Below, piece by piece: positions 26,011-35,094 of a stretch of 55,697 nt of DNA. A program made the translations under genes and the position numbers. The notes beneath the pieces were generated by a model, which was not told the DNA's origin, made no database searches, and saw only the letters and a list, made by a program, of their open reading frames with translations. Within the stretch, counting starts at the first letter, position 1. Every line of letters begins with the position of its first letter. The DNA comes from Oceanospirillum sp. (GTDB lineage Bacteria > Pseudomonadota > Gammaproteobacteria > Xanthomonadales > SZUA-36): positions 1 through 55,697 of the forward strand of contig JAIVWI010000001.1 of the NCBI GenBank assembly GCA_048636595.1, written 5' to 3'.

Positions 26011-27353
26011 TGGCCCGTTCCCCGGCAAAATTTGCGGAAACACTGGGTGGGCTCGGCCGGCTGACCGAATTGCGGCAGCGTTTGCTGTTCGTGTTCGTTG
26101 CGCTGATTATTTATCGCATTGGTACCTTTATCCCGGTGCCGGGTGTGAACCCGCAGGCCTTGCTGCAGTTCATGAATTCCCAGCAGGGAACCATCGTGGA
26201 CGTGTTCAACCTGTTTACCGGTGGCGCTTTGGAGCGTTTTTCCCTTTTTGCGCTGGGTGTGATGCCGTACATCTCGGCTTCCATCATCATGCAGTTGATG
26301 ACCTCCGCCGTACCGCACCTGCAGCAATTGAAGAAAGAGGGATCCTCCGGTCGCCAGAAAATTACCCAGTACACGCGTAATTTCACCGTGCTACTGGCGG
26401 CTGTCCAGGCCGGTGGCGTTGCGTTTGCATTGCAGGGCCAGGGCACGGTGGTGCTTGCGCCGGGTTTTGGTTTTATTTTTACCGCTATGGTTACCCTGAC
26501 GGCCGGTACTGTTTTCCTGATGTGGCTGGGTGAACAAATCACCGAGCGCGGTGTGGGAAATGGTATTTCCCTGATCATTTTTGCCGGTATTGTGGCCGGC
26601 CTGCCCAGGGCGGTTGCAGGAACACTGGAACTGGTAAATACAGGCCAGTTGAGTATTCCGGCTGTGATGTTCATCACTGCGTTGATACTGGGTGTGATTT
26701 ACTTTGTTGTCCGGGTAGAGCGCGGCCAGCGGCGGATCACGGTCAATTATGCGCAGCGCCAGGGTCGTGTGGCTTACCAGAACCAGTCAACGCATTTACC
26801 GTTGAAGGTAAATATGTCCGGCGTGATTCCGGCCATTTTTGCTTCCAGCATGGTGATCTTCCCGTCAACGCTGGCTACCTGGTTCAGCGGTTCGGAGGGG
26901 CTGAACTGGTTGACGGACGTTTCGGCAGCACTGACACCCGGAAACCTGGCGTATACAATTTTGTATTCATCGCTGATTATTTTCTTCTGTTTTTTCTATA
27001 CCGCCATGGTGTTCAATTCTAAAGAAACAGCAGATAACCTGAAGCGTTCGGGAGCGTTTATTCCGGGAATACGCCCGGGCCGCCAGACGGCGGATTACAT
27101 AGACAATGTATTGACACGCCTGACCATGGTGGGTTCGCTGTACCTGGTGGCGGTTTGTCTGTTGCCTGATGTGCTCAGGGTTGTCTGGTCCGTGCCGTTC
27201 TACTTCGGTGGAACTTCGGTACTGATCGTGGTTGTCGTGATCATGGATTTCATTGCGCAAGTACAGGCGCATCTGATTTCACATCAATACGACAGTCTGA
27301 TGAAAAAGGCGAACCTGAAATCCTACGGTCGTTCCGGAGTAGTCCGGAGATAA
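26010..27353 (+). CDS. secY: Preprotein translocase subunit SecY
   Basis: 447-aa polytopic membrane ORF with [25 protein letters not shown] and [19 protein letters not shown] overlap with rplO. Confidence 0.98.
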   Translation: MARSPAKFAETLGGLGRLTELRQRLLFVFVALIIYRIGTFIPVPGVNPQALLQFMNSQQGTIVDVFNLFTGGALERFSLFALGVMPYISASIIMQLMTSAVPHLQQLKKEGSSGRQKITQYTRNFTVLLAAVQAGGVAFALQGQGTVVLAPGFGFIFTAMVTLTAGTVFLMWLGEQITERGVGNGISLIIFAGIVAGLPRAVAGTLELVNTGQLSIPAVMFITALILGVIYFVVRVERGQRRITVNYAQRQGRVAYQNQSTHLPLKVNMSGVIPAIFASSMVIFPSTLATWFSGSEGLNWLTDVSAALTPGNLAYTILYSSLIIFFCFFYTAMVFNSKETADNLKRSGAFIPGIRPGRQTADYIDNVLTRLTMVGSLYLVAVCLLPDVLRVVWSVPFYFGGTSVLIVVVVIMDFIAQVQAHLISHQYDSLMKKANLKSYGRSGVVRR

Positions 27354-27426
27354 TTATTAATAGCCGCCAGGGTGGCGAAAATTGGGTGGCCATTTACCGG
27401 CAGGCCCGTTTGCTTGGGAGAAATTT

Positions 27427-27540
27427 ATGAAAGTGCAGGCATCAGTTAAAAAGATCTGCCGAAACTGTAAAATCGTACGCCGCAAAGGTGTTGTGTACGT
27501 GATTTGCAGTGAGAAAAAACACAAGCAGCGGCAGGGCTGA
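27427..27540 (+). CDS. rpmJ: 50S ribosomal protein L36 (Zn-ribbon type)
   Basis: Not in the ORF track because it is under 60 aa. Hand translation gives [37 protein letters not shown] then TGA. GGGAGA lies upstream and it occupies the canonical position after secY. Confidence 0.93.
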   Translation: MKVQASVKKICRNCKIVRRKGVVYVICSEKKHKQRQG

Positions 27541-27609
27541 TAGTGGTAGTGAATTTATGGTGCTGGTTTTGGGTGAATAAGCGTGTTAACCGGGCAAGTG
27601 TTAACAGGC

Positions 27610-27638
27610 TTTTACCAGAAGCCGGGATTCGATATAAT
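27610..27638 (+). promoter_or_regulatory. Candidate sigma70 promoter of the alpha operon (rpsM-rpsK-rpsD-rpoA-rplQ)
   Basis: Perfect TATAAT at 27633-27638, with TTTTAC/TTTACC 16-17 nt upstream (27610-27616), 43 nt before the rpsM ATG. E. coli also has a promoter here. Confidence 0.5.
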
Positions 27639-27680
27639 ACGCTGTTAACGTTCGCGGCAAGTAAAGACAGGAGTTAAGGA

Positions 27681-28037
27681 ATGGCTCGTATAGCAGGAGT
27701 CAATATACCGGTTCAGAAACACACATGGGTGGGTCTGACGCATATCTATGGCATCGGCCGTTCTCGTGCTTTTGAAATTTGCGATGCTGCAGGTGTCAAG
27801 CCGGATACCAAAATTCGTGACCTGACGGAAGCGGAAATTGAAGGAATCCGCGCCCAGATATCCACGCTTGCCGTGGAAGGCGACCTTCGCCGTGAAGTGG
27901 CAATGAACATCAAGCGTTTGATGGACCTCGGTTGTTACCGTGGGCTACGGCATCGCCGCGGTCTGCCGGTGCGTGGTCAGCAAACCAAGACCAACGCGCG
28001 TACCCGTAAAGGTCCGCGTCGTCCGATTAAGCGTTAA
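27681..28037 (+). CDS. rpsM: 30S ribosomal protein S13
   Basis: [30 protein letters not shown]. Confidence 0.98.
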   Translation: MARIAGVNIPVQKHTWVGLTHIYGIGRSRAFEICDAAGVKPDTKIRDLTEAEIEGIRAQISTLAVEGDLRREVAMNIKRLMDLGCYRGLRHRRGLPVRGQQTKTNARTRKGPRRPIKR

Positions 28038-28051
28038 AGGCGGAATGATTT

Positions 28052-28435
28052 ATGGCTAAGCCAAGCAGGAAAAAGAAAGTTAAAAAGACGGTCGTGGATG
28101 GTATCGCTCACATCCATGCATCTTTTAACAATACGATTATCACGATCACCGATCGCCAGGGTAATGCCCTGTCATGGGCGACTGCCGGAGGCGCAGGTTT
28201 CCGGGGCTCACGTAAGAGCACACCGTTTGCCGCCCAGGTTGCAGCTGAAACTGCCGGTAAGGCAGCGCTGGATTACGGTCTGAAGAACCTGGAAGTGCGG
28301 GTCAAAGGTCCCGGTCCGGGGCGCGAGTCTTCCGTGCGTGCGCTGAATGCAGTCGGATACAAGATTACAAATATTACTGACGTGACGCCGATCCCGCACA
28401 ACGGTTGTCGGCCGCCTAAAAAACGTCGCGTCTGA
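28052..28435 (+). CDS. rpsK: 30S ribosomal protein S11
   Basis: [31 protein letters not shown]. Confidence 0.98.
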   Translation: MAKPSRKKKVKKTVVDGIAHIHASFNNTIITITDRQGNALSWATAGGAGFRGSRKSTPFAAQVAAETAGKAALDYGLKNLEVRVKGPGPGRESSVRALNAVGYKITNITDVTPIPHNGCRPPKKRRV

Positions 28436-28449
28436 GTGGAGTAGACCCA

Positions 28450-29076
28450 ATGGCAAGATACACAGGACCTACCTGTAAACTGGCACGCCGCGAAGGTGTT
28501 GACCTGGAACTGAAGAGCCCGGCCCGTGGACTGGAATCCAAGTGCAAGCTGAACCAGCTTCCTGGACAACAAGTCTCGACTCGCCGGATGAGGCTTTCAG
28601 ATTATGCCGTACAGTTGCGGGAGAAGCAGAAAGTACGGCGTATCTACGGTGTACTTGAACGCCAGTTCCGTAATTACTACAAGCTGGCCGCAAAACAGAA
28701 GGGCGCAACGGGTGAAAACCTGCTGCGTTTGCTGGAAAGCCGCCTGGACAATGTCGTCTATCGAATGGGATTCGCGGTAACCCGCGCCCAGGCCCGGCAA
28801 ATGGTATCGCACAAGTCGATTTCCGTTAATGGACAGACGGTGAATATTGCATCCTACCGGGTGAAACCGGACGATGTAGTAGCCATTCGTGAAAGAGCGA
28901 AGAAACAACTGCGTGTAAAGGAAGCCATAACGCTGAGCCAGGAGATGGATCTGGTTTCACCCTGGATGGAAGTCGATACAAAGAAAATGGAAGGTGTATT
29001 CAAGGCCTATCCGGATCGGGTCGAGCTTTCAGCGGATATCAACGAAAGTCTGATCGTGGAGCTTTACTCCAAGTAA
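28450..29076 (+). CDS. rpsD: 30S ribosomal protein S4
   Basis: [19 protein letters not shown] ... [27 protein letters not shown] (S4 domain). Confidence 0.98.
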   Translation: MARYTGPTCKLARREGVDLELKSPARGLESKCKLNQLPGQQVSTRRMRLSDYAVQLREKQKVRRIYGVLERQFRNYYKLAAKQKGATGENLLRLLESRLDNVVYRMGFAVTRAQARQMVSHKSISVNGQTVNIASYRVKPDDVVAIRERAKKQLRVKEAITLSQEMDLVSPWMEVDTKKMEGVFKAYPDRVELSADINESLIVELYSK

Positions 29077-29173
29077 GGTCTGCAGGAAAAATATTTAACT
29101 ATTGTTGCAGGCAGTTGATGCCTGTAACGATCATGAGATTTCATCAGGAATACAGTTTACGAGGGCGATCCCT

Positions 29174-30160
29174 ATGATGGGTGTTATTGAACAAATGCTG
29201 AAGCCCAGTACCGTGGGCGTTGACGAGGTCAACCCGAACCGGGCCCGGATTACACTGGAACCGCTCGAACGTGGTTTCGGTCACACACTGGGCAATGCGC
29301 TCAGGCGTGTGCTGCTTTCATCCATTCCCGGCAGTGCGATTGTCGAAGTGGAAATGGATGGTGTGTTGCATGAATACACGGCCGTTGAAGGTCTGCAGGA
29401 AGATATCATCGAAGTTCTTCTGAACCTCAAGGGTATTGCACTGATAATGCACGAGCGTGAAGAAGCTGTGCTGACCCTTAGCAAATCGGGCGAGGGCCCG
29501 GTTACTGCCGGGGACATCCAGGTCGATCACACCGTCGAGGTGGTTAACCCGGATCACGTCATCTGCAACCTGACGCAGAACGGCAGCATCAACATGCGTT
29601 TGAAAGTGGCGCGCGGCGTAGGTTATCAGCCGGCCGTGCGCTTGAATATCGGTGATCAGGAAAGCCGTCCCATTGGCCGCCTGCAATTGGATGCGTCTTT
29701 TTGCCCGGTGCGTAAAGTAGCTTACAGTGTCGATTCGGCACGTGTTGAACAACGCACCAACCTGGACAAACTGATCTTCGATATTGAGACCAACGGCACG
29801 ATGGATTGTGAGGGTGCGGTGAAACTCGCTGCCAATATCCTGGCCGATCAGTTGTCAATATTCGTGGACTTTAAAGCACGACAGGCCGTGGAAGTGGAAG
29901 AAAAGACCCAGGAAATTGACCCTGTTCTGTTGCGCCCAATCGACGACCTGGAGCTTACGGTTCGTTCAGCGAACTGTCTCAAGGCGGAAAGCATCCTGTA
30001 TATCGGCGACCTGGTACAGCGAACCGAGGTTGAACTGCTGAAGACACCGAACCTGGGTAAGAAATCGCTGACAGAAATCAAGGACGTACTCGCGTCACAT
30101 GATCTGTCGCTTGGAATGAAGCTGGAAAACTGGCCGCCTGAGAGCCTGGTCAGCGCCTGA
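29174..30160 (+). CDS. rpoA: DNA-directed RNA polymerase subunit alpha
   Basis: The ATG at 29174 gives 328 aa (E. coli 329). [25 protein letters not shown] and C-terminal domain [14 protein letters not shown]. The ORF-track start at 29102 is an extension. Confidence 0.97.
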   Translation: MMGVIEQMLKPSTVGVDEVNPNRARITLEPLERGFGHTLGNALRRVLLSSIPGSAIVEVEMDGVLHEYTAVEGLQEDIIEVLLNLKGIALIMHEREEAVLTLSKSGEGPVTAGDIQVDHTVEVVNPDHVICNLTQNGSINMRLKVARGVGYQPAVRLNIGDQESRPIGRLQLDASFCPVRKVAYSVDSARVEQRTNLDKLIFDIETNGTMDCEGAVKLAANILADQLSIFVDFKARQAVEVEEKTQEIDPVLLRPIDDLELTVRSANCLKAESILYIGDLVQRTEVELLKTPNLGKKSLTEIKDVLASHDLSLGMKLENWPPESLVSA

Positions 30161-30192
30161 ACAACGCTGGCGGATAGAACAAGGAATAGACC

Positions 30193-30579
30193 ATGCGACA
30201 CATGAAATCCGGAAGAAAACTGAACCGCAACAGCTCACATCGCAAGGCGATGTTCCGCAATATGGCGAGTTCGCTGTTTGAACACGAATTGATCAAGACT
30301 ACGGTTCCCAAGGCCAAGGAATTGCGCCGCGTGGCCGAGCCACTGATTACCCTTGCCAAGGAAGACAGCGTGGCGCATCGGCGCCTGGCATTCGACCGCC
30401 TGCGTAACCGTAAGGTTGTCACCAAGTTGTTTAACGAACTGGGTCCGCGCTACGTGGACCGTCCAGGGGGTTATTTGCGGATTTTGAAGTGTGGTCACCG
30501 TGCTGGTGATCAGGCTCCGATGGCCTATGTTGAATTGGTGGACCGTCCGCGCGCTGAGGATTCACTGGACGCAGAATAA
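30193..30579 (+). CDS. rplQ: 50S ribosomal protein L17
   Basis: [37 protein letters not shown]. Confidence 0.98.
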   Translation: MRHMKSGRKLNRNSSHRKAMFRNMASSLFEHELIKTTVPKAKELRRVAEPLITLAKEDSVAHRRLAFDRLRNRKVVTKLFNELGPRYVDRPGGYLRILKCGHRAGDQAPMAYVELVDRPRAEDSLDAE

Positions 30580-30603
30580 GCTTATATCAATCTTTGTTAA
30601 GAG

Positions 30604-30628
30604 AGCCCGGCATTGCCGGGCTTTTTTA
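30604..30628 (+). terminator. Intrinsic terminator of the alpha operon
   Basis: AGCCCGGC / ATT loop / GCCGGGCT followed by TTTTTT, 25 nt after the rplQ stop. Confidence 0.85.
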
Positions 30629-30690
30629 TGGCAGGCTAAAGTGAATTCCAGCGACGTTGTTCACTTAAGTGTTGCGTTACTTGCGGGCGC

Positions 30691-30808
30691 GCCCATTCGA
30701 AGCAAGGGGTCTTCTTCCAGGACACGACATAAACCCGTCCGTGGGGTCTCCTCTTGCAACATCGTGTTGCAAAGGGTCCTGGAAGAAGACCCCTTACTCC
30801 GAACGGGC
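30691..30808. repeat. 118-nt near-perfect hairpin / inverted repeat in the convergent gap between rplQ and the feo operon
   Basis: Arms AAGGGGTCTTCTTCCAGGAC (30704-30723) and GTCCTGGAAGAAGACCCCTT (30776-30795) are exact reverse complements. The stem is extended outward by TTCG/CGAA and GCCC/GGGC. A nested 8-bp hairpin TTGCAACA-TCG-TGTTGCAA lies at 30754-30772. Confidence 0.8.
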
Positions 30809-30882
30809 TTGTGCCAAACTGAGACGCAAAATCACCCGCACCATGGAATAGGTGGTGGGCGGAGCGGCTCAATAGCGCTCTT

Positions 30883-31314
30883 TCAATGTTTGTAAGCCTT
30901 GTAAAGAATCGGTTCCCAGAAGGATCCGTCCAATTGCGAATTAAGCGGTGCGTCAATGTCTACCTTCGCACCAATCTGGTATGTCGTGCCGTCTTCAATG
31001 GTCAGGTCGAATCGTTTTGTATGAGTTTTTTCCTGTGAGCCGGTGAGATTTGGCGTCCAGTAAACATCGAGCATCAAGTTCACTGTCAGAACATGGCTGC
31101 CAGTGCTGACCCGATACCTGGTGGCCGGTTGTTGATCCTGGCCATCAATTTTTTTAATACGAACCTTGTAGATATTTTCTTCACTGATTGCATACGGAAG
31201 GCTCATGACATACCCACTGTCAGCGGCAATAACAGGAGTGTAGTACAACAAAGCTGCCAGGCTATTTAGCACGCATATTGCACTGAGGATTCGGGTTAGA
31301 CCGGTTTTAGTCAA
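30883..31314 (-). CDS. Hypothetical exported protein, translationally coupled to feoB
   Basis: 143-codon ORF. Its TTG start overlaps the feoB stop (TTGA). The N-terminus MTKTGLTRILSAICVLNSLAALLYYTPVIAA/DS looks like a Sec signal peptide. I recognise no motif in the remainder. Confidence 0.6.
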   Translation of the reverse strand: MTKTGLTRILSAICVLNSLAALLYYTPVIAADSGYVMSLPYAISEENIYKVRIKKIDGQDQQPATRYRVSTGSHVLTVNLMLDVYWTPNLTGSQEKTHTKRFDLTIEDGTTYQIGAKVDIDAPLNSQLDGSFWEPILYKAYKH

Positions 31315-33494
31315 AGTCTACTGCCAATCTGATAAATCAAGAAAGCACCGGTATACCCTAACACCGTCATGTAAGTCCATGCGAATAATGGCCAGCGCCA
31401 GCTGTTGGTTTCCCGGCGGATGACCGCCAGAGTGGCAGCACATTGCAGGCACCAGGCGTAGAACAGCAGTAAACCCAGCACCATGGGGAGAGTGAACACC
31501 AGGCGGCCATCGGGCCAGGTAGCTGAACGTAGTTTTTCAACCAGGCTGGCGTTTTCAGCTTTTTCACCGACAGCGTAAATCGTACCCATCACCGCAACCA
31601 CGACTTCCCGTGCCGGAAAGCCGGCAATGACAGCTGCTGATACACGCCAGTCCCACCCGAGGGGTGCGAACAACGGCTCGACAAACCTGCCTGCTTGCCC
31701 GAGATAGCTCTGTGAGAGTTGGGCCGCTGCAGCCTCATTCTTAATTCGCAACAGCTCAACTGCCAATGGCTCCCCTTGTAGAGCGGTTTCAGCCTGCACA
31801 ATAGCATTTTGCATCCCGGTTTCGATGGCCCCGGCGCGCGGGAAGTAAGCCAGAGCCCATACAATGATGGCCACGATAAAAATTATGCTACCCGCCCGCT
31901 TGAGGAAAATGCGTACGCGTTCCAGCAGCTTTATCAAAACCGTCTGCAGATTGGGCCAGCGAAATTCGGGTAGCGCCAGAGCGAAATGTGGTTTGGGGCC
32001 GCGTAAGGCGGTTCGTTTCAACAACCAGGCCGTGGTGAGCCCACCAACGATGCCCAGCACGTATAAACCCAGAAGCACCAGACCTTGAAGATTCAACCAG
32101 CCAATTGATTCGTCAGGAACAAAAGCAGCGATCAACAGTGCGTAAATCGGCAGACGGGCTGAGCAGGTCATGAACGGTGCGGCCAGGATGGTCGCGATAC
32201 GGGCCTTTTTGTCTGGTATCACCCGCGTTGCCATGATGGCGGGGACCGCGCAGGCAAAGCTGGAAAGCATCGGAATCACCGACTGGCCTGAGAGGCCGAC
32301 TGAGCGCATTACGCGATCCATCAGGAATGCGGCGCGCGCCAGGTATCCGGAGTCTTCAAGAATGATGATGAACAGGAACAGGATCAGGATCTGCGGCAGG
32401 AATACCAATACGCTGCCGACACCTGCAATGACACCGTCGGTAATAAAACTGGACATTGCACCGTCAGGCAAATGAGTAGCGATCCATCCGGACATTGCGA
32501 CAGCCAATGCGTCGATACCCTCCATCAATGGTGTCGCCCATGAAAATACTGCCTGGAAAACCAGGGCCATGATGGCAAAGAAAAGAACGGTGGCCGGCCA
32601 GGGGCGATTGAGCCAGTGCAATACCTTGGCTTCGTAACGTTCCAGTATGGGAGCCTGCTGCTGAGCTTCACCGAGGACATCGCGAACCCATTGATACCGG
32701 TGCCGGGCTTCTACCGCCTGCGGTGGCTCATCAGCGAACAGGGCGAGCCTGGCCTCAGCAACCGGTGGCGTACCCAATTGCTGTTCAAGAGTTTCCGCCT
32801 GGTTGCTGCGGGGGTGGAGCAGTGCCTGGATCACGTCAATTCGCGGCACCGGGGCGCCGACTTGTTCGACTAGCCGATCAGCTGTTTTACTCAGTTCAGG
32901 CCAGGATTCCGGTACTTTCGGCGCCGGGGAATCGGCTACTCCTTCCAGTGCTGCTTTGAGCGCATCGAGCCCTCGTCCGGTGGTCGTAGCTACAGGAAAT
33001 ATCGGGATTCCACCCAGGTGCCGTTGAAGTACTTCAATTGAAATGTCTATTCCGCTGGCCGTAGCAACATCTGTCATCGTGAGCGCAACAATCATCGGCA
33101 CCTGCATTTCCATGAGTTGCTGAAGCAGGTAGAGTCCCTGGTACAAATGCGTGGCATCCAGCACCATCAGCAAGCCGCAGGGAGCATGCGTATCCGCCAT
33201 CCTGCCCAGGATCACGTCTACCGCGATACGTTCATCGGCGGAATAGCCGCCCAGGCAGTAAATACCGGGCAAGTCGACCAGTTCGATGGCAGTGGATTCC
33301 AGTTGCACCGTTCCGGAATGTTTTTCAACCGTAACGCCCGGGTAGTTCCCGGTGGTCTGGCGCAGACCGGTCAGGCGGTTGAAGAGGGTGCTTTTTCCTG
33401 AGTTTGGATTGCCTATGATGGCAAGGGTTGCGGACACGCGCCGACGAATTCCGATCTTTTCGACCGGGACATAGATCGTACTCTTTTCATTCAT
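31311..33494 (-). CDS. feoB: Ferrous iron transporter FeoB
   Basis: G-domain AIIGNPNSGKSTLFNRLTG and DLPGIY, followed by a large polytopic membrane domain. The ATG at 33494 (MNEKSTIY) overlaps the feoA stop by 8 nt. The ORF-track start at 33635 lies inside feoA and is rejected. Confidence 0.95.
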   Translation of the reverse strand: MNEKSTIYVPVEKIGIRRRVSATLAIIGNPNSGKSTLFNRLTGLRQTTGNYPGVTVEKHSGTVQLESTAIELVDLPGIYCLGGYSADERIAVDVILGRMADTHAPCGLLMVLDATHLYQGLYLLQQLMEMQVPMIVALTMTDVATASGIDISIEVLQRHLGGIPIFPVATTTGRGLDALKAALEGVADSPAPKVPESWPELSKTADRLVEQVGAPVPRIDVIQALLHPRSNQAETLEQQLGTPPVAEARLALFADEPPQAVEARHRYQWVRDVLGEAQQQAPILERYEAKVLHWLNRPWPATVLFFAIMALVFQAVFSWATPLMEGIDALAVAMSGWIATHLPDGAMSSFITDGVIAGVGSVLVFLPQILILFLFIIILEDSGYLARAAFLMDRVMRSVGLSGQSVIPMLSSFACAVPAIMATRVIPDKKARIATILAAPFMTCSARLPIYALLIAAFVPDESIGWLNLQGLVLLGLYVLGIVGGLTTAWLLKRTALRGPKPHFALALPEFRWPNLQTVLIKLLERVRIFLKRAGSIIFIVAIIVWALAYFPRAGAIETGMQNAIVQAETALQGEPLAVELLRIKNEAAAAQLSQSYLGQAGRFVEPLFAPLGWDWRVSAAVIAGFPAREVVVAVMGTIYAVGEKAENASLVEKLRSATWPDGRLVFTLPMVLGLLLFYAWCLQCAATLAVIRRETNSWRWPLFAWTYMTVLGYTGAFLIYQIGSRL

Positions 33495-33723
33495 TCGTAA
33501 CGATCGGGGAAACGCTGAAATTGCCGGCTTGTTGTCTGCGAATGGAAATAGCGGTGCCAAATACCGAAACTTCCATCGGATCGCCACCGATGGCGGCGTT
33601 CTGGAACTGTATTTCTGTTCCTTCGATAAGCCCAAGCACCATCAGGCGGACGACACCAGGCTGTCTGGCGTCCACTTTTTCGATCCGGGCTTTTTGTCCG
33701 GGCTGCATTTCCCGTAAGGTCAT
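33487..33723 (-). CDS. feoA: Ferrous iron transport protein FeoA
   Basis: 78-aa ORF MTLREMQPGQKARIEKVDARQPGVVRLMVLGLIEGTEI, an SH3-like FeoA pattern, immediately upstream of and overlapping feoB. Confidence 0.9.
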   Translation of the reverse strand: MTLREMQPGQKARIEKVDARQPGVVRLMVLGLIEGTEIQFQNAAIGGDPMEVSVFGTAISIRRQQAGNFSVSPIVTNE

Positions 33724-33739
33724 TTTTACACCGCTAATT

Positions 33740-33758
33740 GAGAATGATTGTCATTTAC
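33740..33758. promoter_or_regulatory. Fur-box-like operator upstream of feoA
   Basis: GAGAATGATTGTCATTTAC matches 14 of 19 positions of GATAATGATAATCATTATC by hand alignment, 17-35 nt upstream of the feoA ATG. It lies just downstream of a possible -10 (TAAAAT on the minus strand, 33768-33763). Confidence 0.55.
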
Positions 33759-33819
33759 GACAATTTTAGAGGAAAAATGTTCATCAGTACATAGACCCAG
33801 ATCAAGTAAATGACATTTT

Positions 33820-35082
33820 TTAAATATAAGGACCGATTGGCGCTATTGCAGACGGGTTTCCACGGACCCATTCCCCATTTTTCATCACGGCAAGGCAGGC
33901 GTTCGCCTGAAAATGGTAAAGCCAGTGATTGAGGCTGGGGGAATCGATGATCGCCAGGTCGCAAGCGTAGCCGGGAAGCAGGGTACCGGCGTGTTTACTC
34001 AGGGAAACCGCCTTTGCGGCAACAGAGGTCGCTCCTTTCAAGGATTCCTGCGGAGTCATGCCCTGGTGAACACAGGCCAGGGTCATCGCGAGGGGCAAAT
34101 GATAGCTGGGTGATGAGCCCGGGTTGAAATCGGTAGCCACGGCAACGGGTACGCCGCGGTCCATCATCTTTCTGGCGGGCATGTAAGTTTCGCCCAGGTA
34201 AAGGGAAGCCAGGGGGAGGCTTACCGCTACCGTGCCTGACGCTGCCATGGCGTCCATACCGGCGTCGCTGATATATTCGAGGTGTTCCGCCGAAACTGCA
34301 GCCAGTTCAGCGGCCAGTTCGGCTCCGCCACCCCTCGAAAGCTGGTCTGCATGAATCTTGATGCCAAGTCCGTGCCTGGCCGCGACGGAAAGAATTTGAC
34401 GCGCCTCTTCTATCGAATAGGCGCCAGTCTCCACAAAGGCGTCACAGAACCTGGCCAGACCCTGACGGGCGACCCGGGGGATCAGGACATCACACAAGAG
34501 CCTGATATATCTGTCACGATGTTGACTGTACTCTGGTGGAATGATGTGTGCACCCAGGAATGTGGGTACGAGGTCAACTACGTGGGATTCGTTGAGCCGC
34601 CGGTATACTTCCAGTTGCTTCAGCTCATTCGCCTCGTCCAGGCCATAACCTGATTTACACTCCACGGTGGTGATTCCCAGGTCAAGCATTTTATCCAGTA
34701 TGGATTCCGCCTTGCACTGCAATTCGTCCAGGCTGGCAGCACGGGTTGCTGCGACGGTGCTGGCAATTCCACCGCCGGCACGGGCAATTTCCTGGTAGCT
34801 GGCCCCGCGGAGCCTCAGTTCGAATTCATCACCGCGCCAACCGCCGAAGCACAGGTGAGTATGGCAGTCCACCAGGCCGGGAACAATCAGCCGGCGCCCG
34901 CAGTCGATGACGGGCTCATCCTGGTATTCAGCCGGTATTTCCGCCATGGATCCAACCCAACGCACCAGGCCATCAGTCCATACAAGTGCTGCATTCCCGA
35001 CCAGGCCGGCATCCTGTTGTGGCTTGTCTGGCGGGCAGGTGGCCAGTTGGGAAATATTGCTAAGTACCGGCATCAGTATCAC
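33820..35082 (-). CDS. hutI: Imidazolonepropionase
   Basis: Amidohydrolase with GLVDCHTHLCFGG (HxH metal site) and overall HutI-like sequence. Lies immediately downstream of hutH. The start is uncertain (GTG 35082 or ATG 35073) and there is no clear SD. Confidence 0.85.
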   Translation of the reverse strand: MILMPVLSNISQLATCPPDKPQQDAGLVGNAALVWTDGLVRWVGSMAEIPAEYQDEPVIDCGRRLIVPGLVDCHTHLCFGGWRGDEFELRLRGASYQEIARAGGGIASTVAATRAASLDELQCKAESILDKMLDLGITTVECKSGYGLDEANELKQLEVYRRLNESHVVDLVPTFLGAHIIPPEYSQHRDRYIRLLCDVLIPRVARQGLARFCDAFVETGAYSIEEARQILSVAARHGLGIKIHADQLSRGGGAELAAELAAVSAEHLEYISDAGMDAMAASGTVAVSLPLASLYLGETYMPARKMMDRGVPVAVATDFNPGSSPSYHLPLAMTLACVHQGMTPQESLKGATSVAAKAVSLSKHAGTLLPGYACDLAIIDSPSLNHWLYHFQANACLAVMKNGEWVRGNPSAIAPIGPYI

Positions 35083-35094
35083 ATTGAAGGAGTA

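Noticed and set aside
30630-30882. Idea that the hairpin region is a known housekeeping ncRNA (6S RNA, tmRNA or RNase P RNA)
   Set aside because: The sequence does not resemble the E. coli versions I can recall. It lacks the 6S central bubble architecture, a tRNA-like end or the RNase P conserved regions. It remains unassigned.
30636-30956. ORFs of 60-134 aa on both strands across the 30.6-30.9 kb gap
   Set aside because: They are generated by the large inverted repeat (each arm translates in both directions). They overlap the rplQ terminator or the end of the feo-linked ORF, and they lack start signals.
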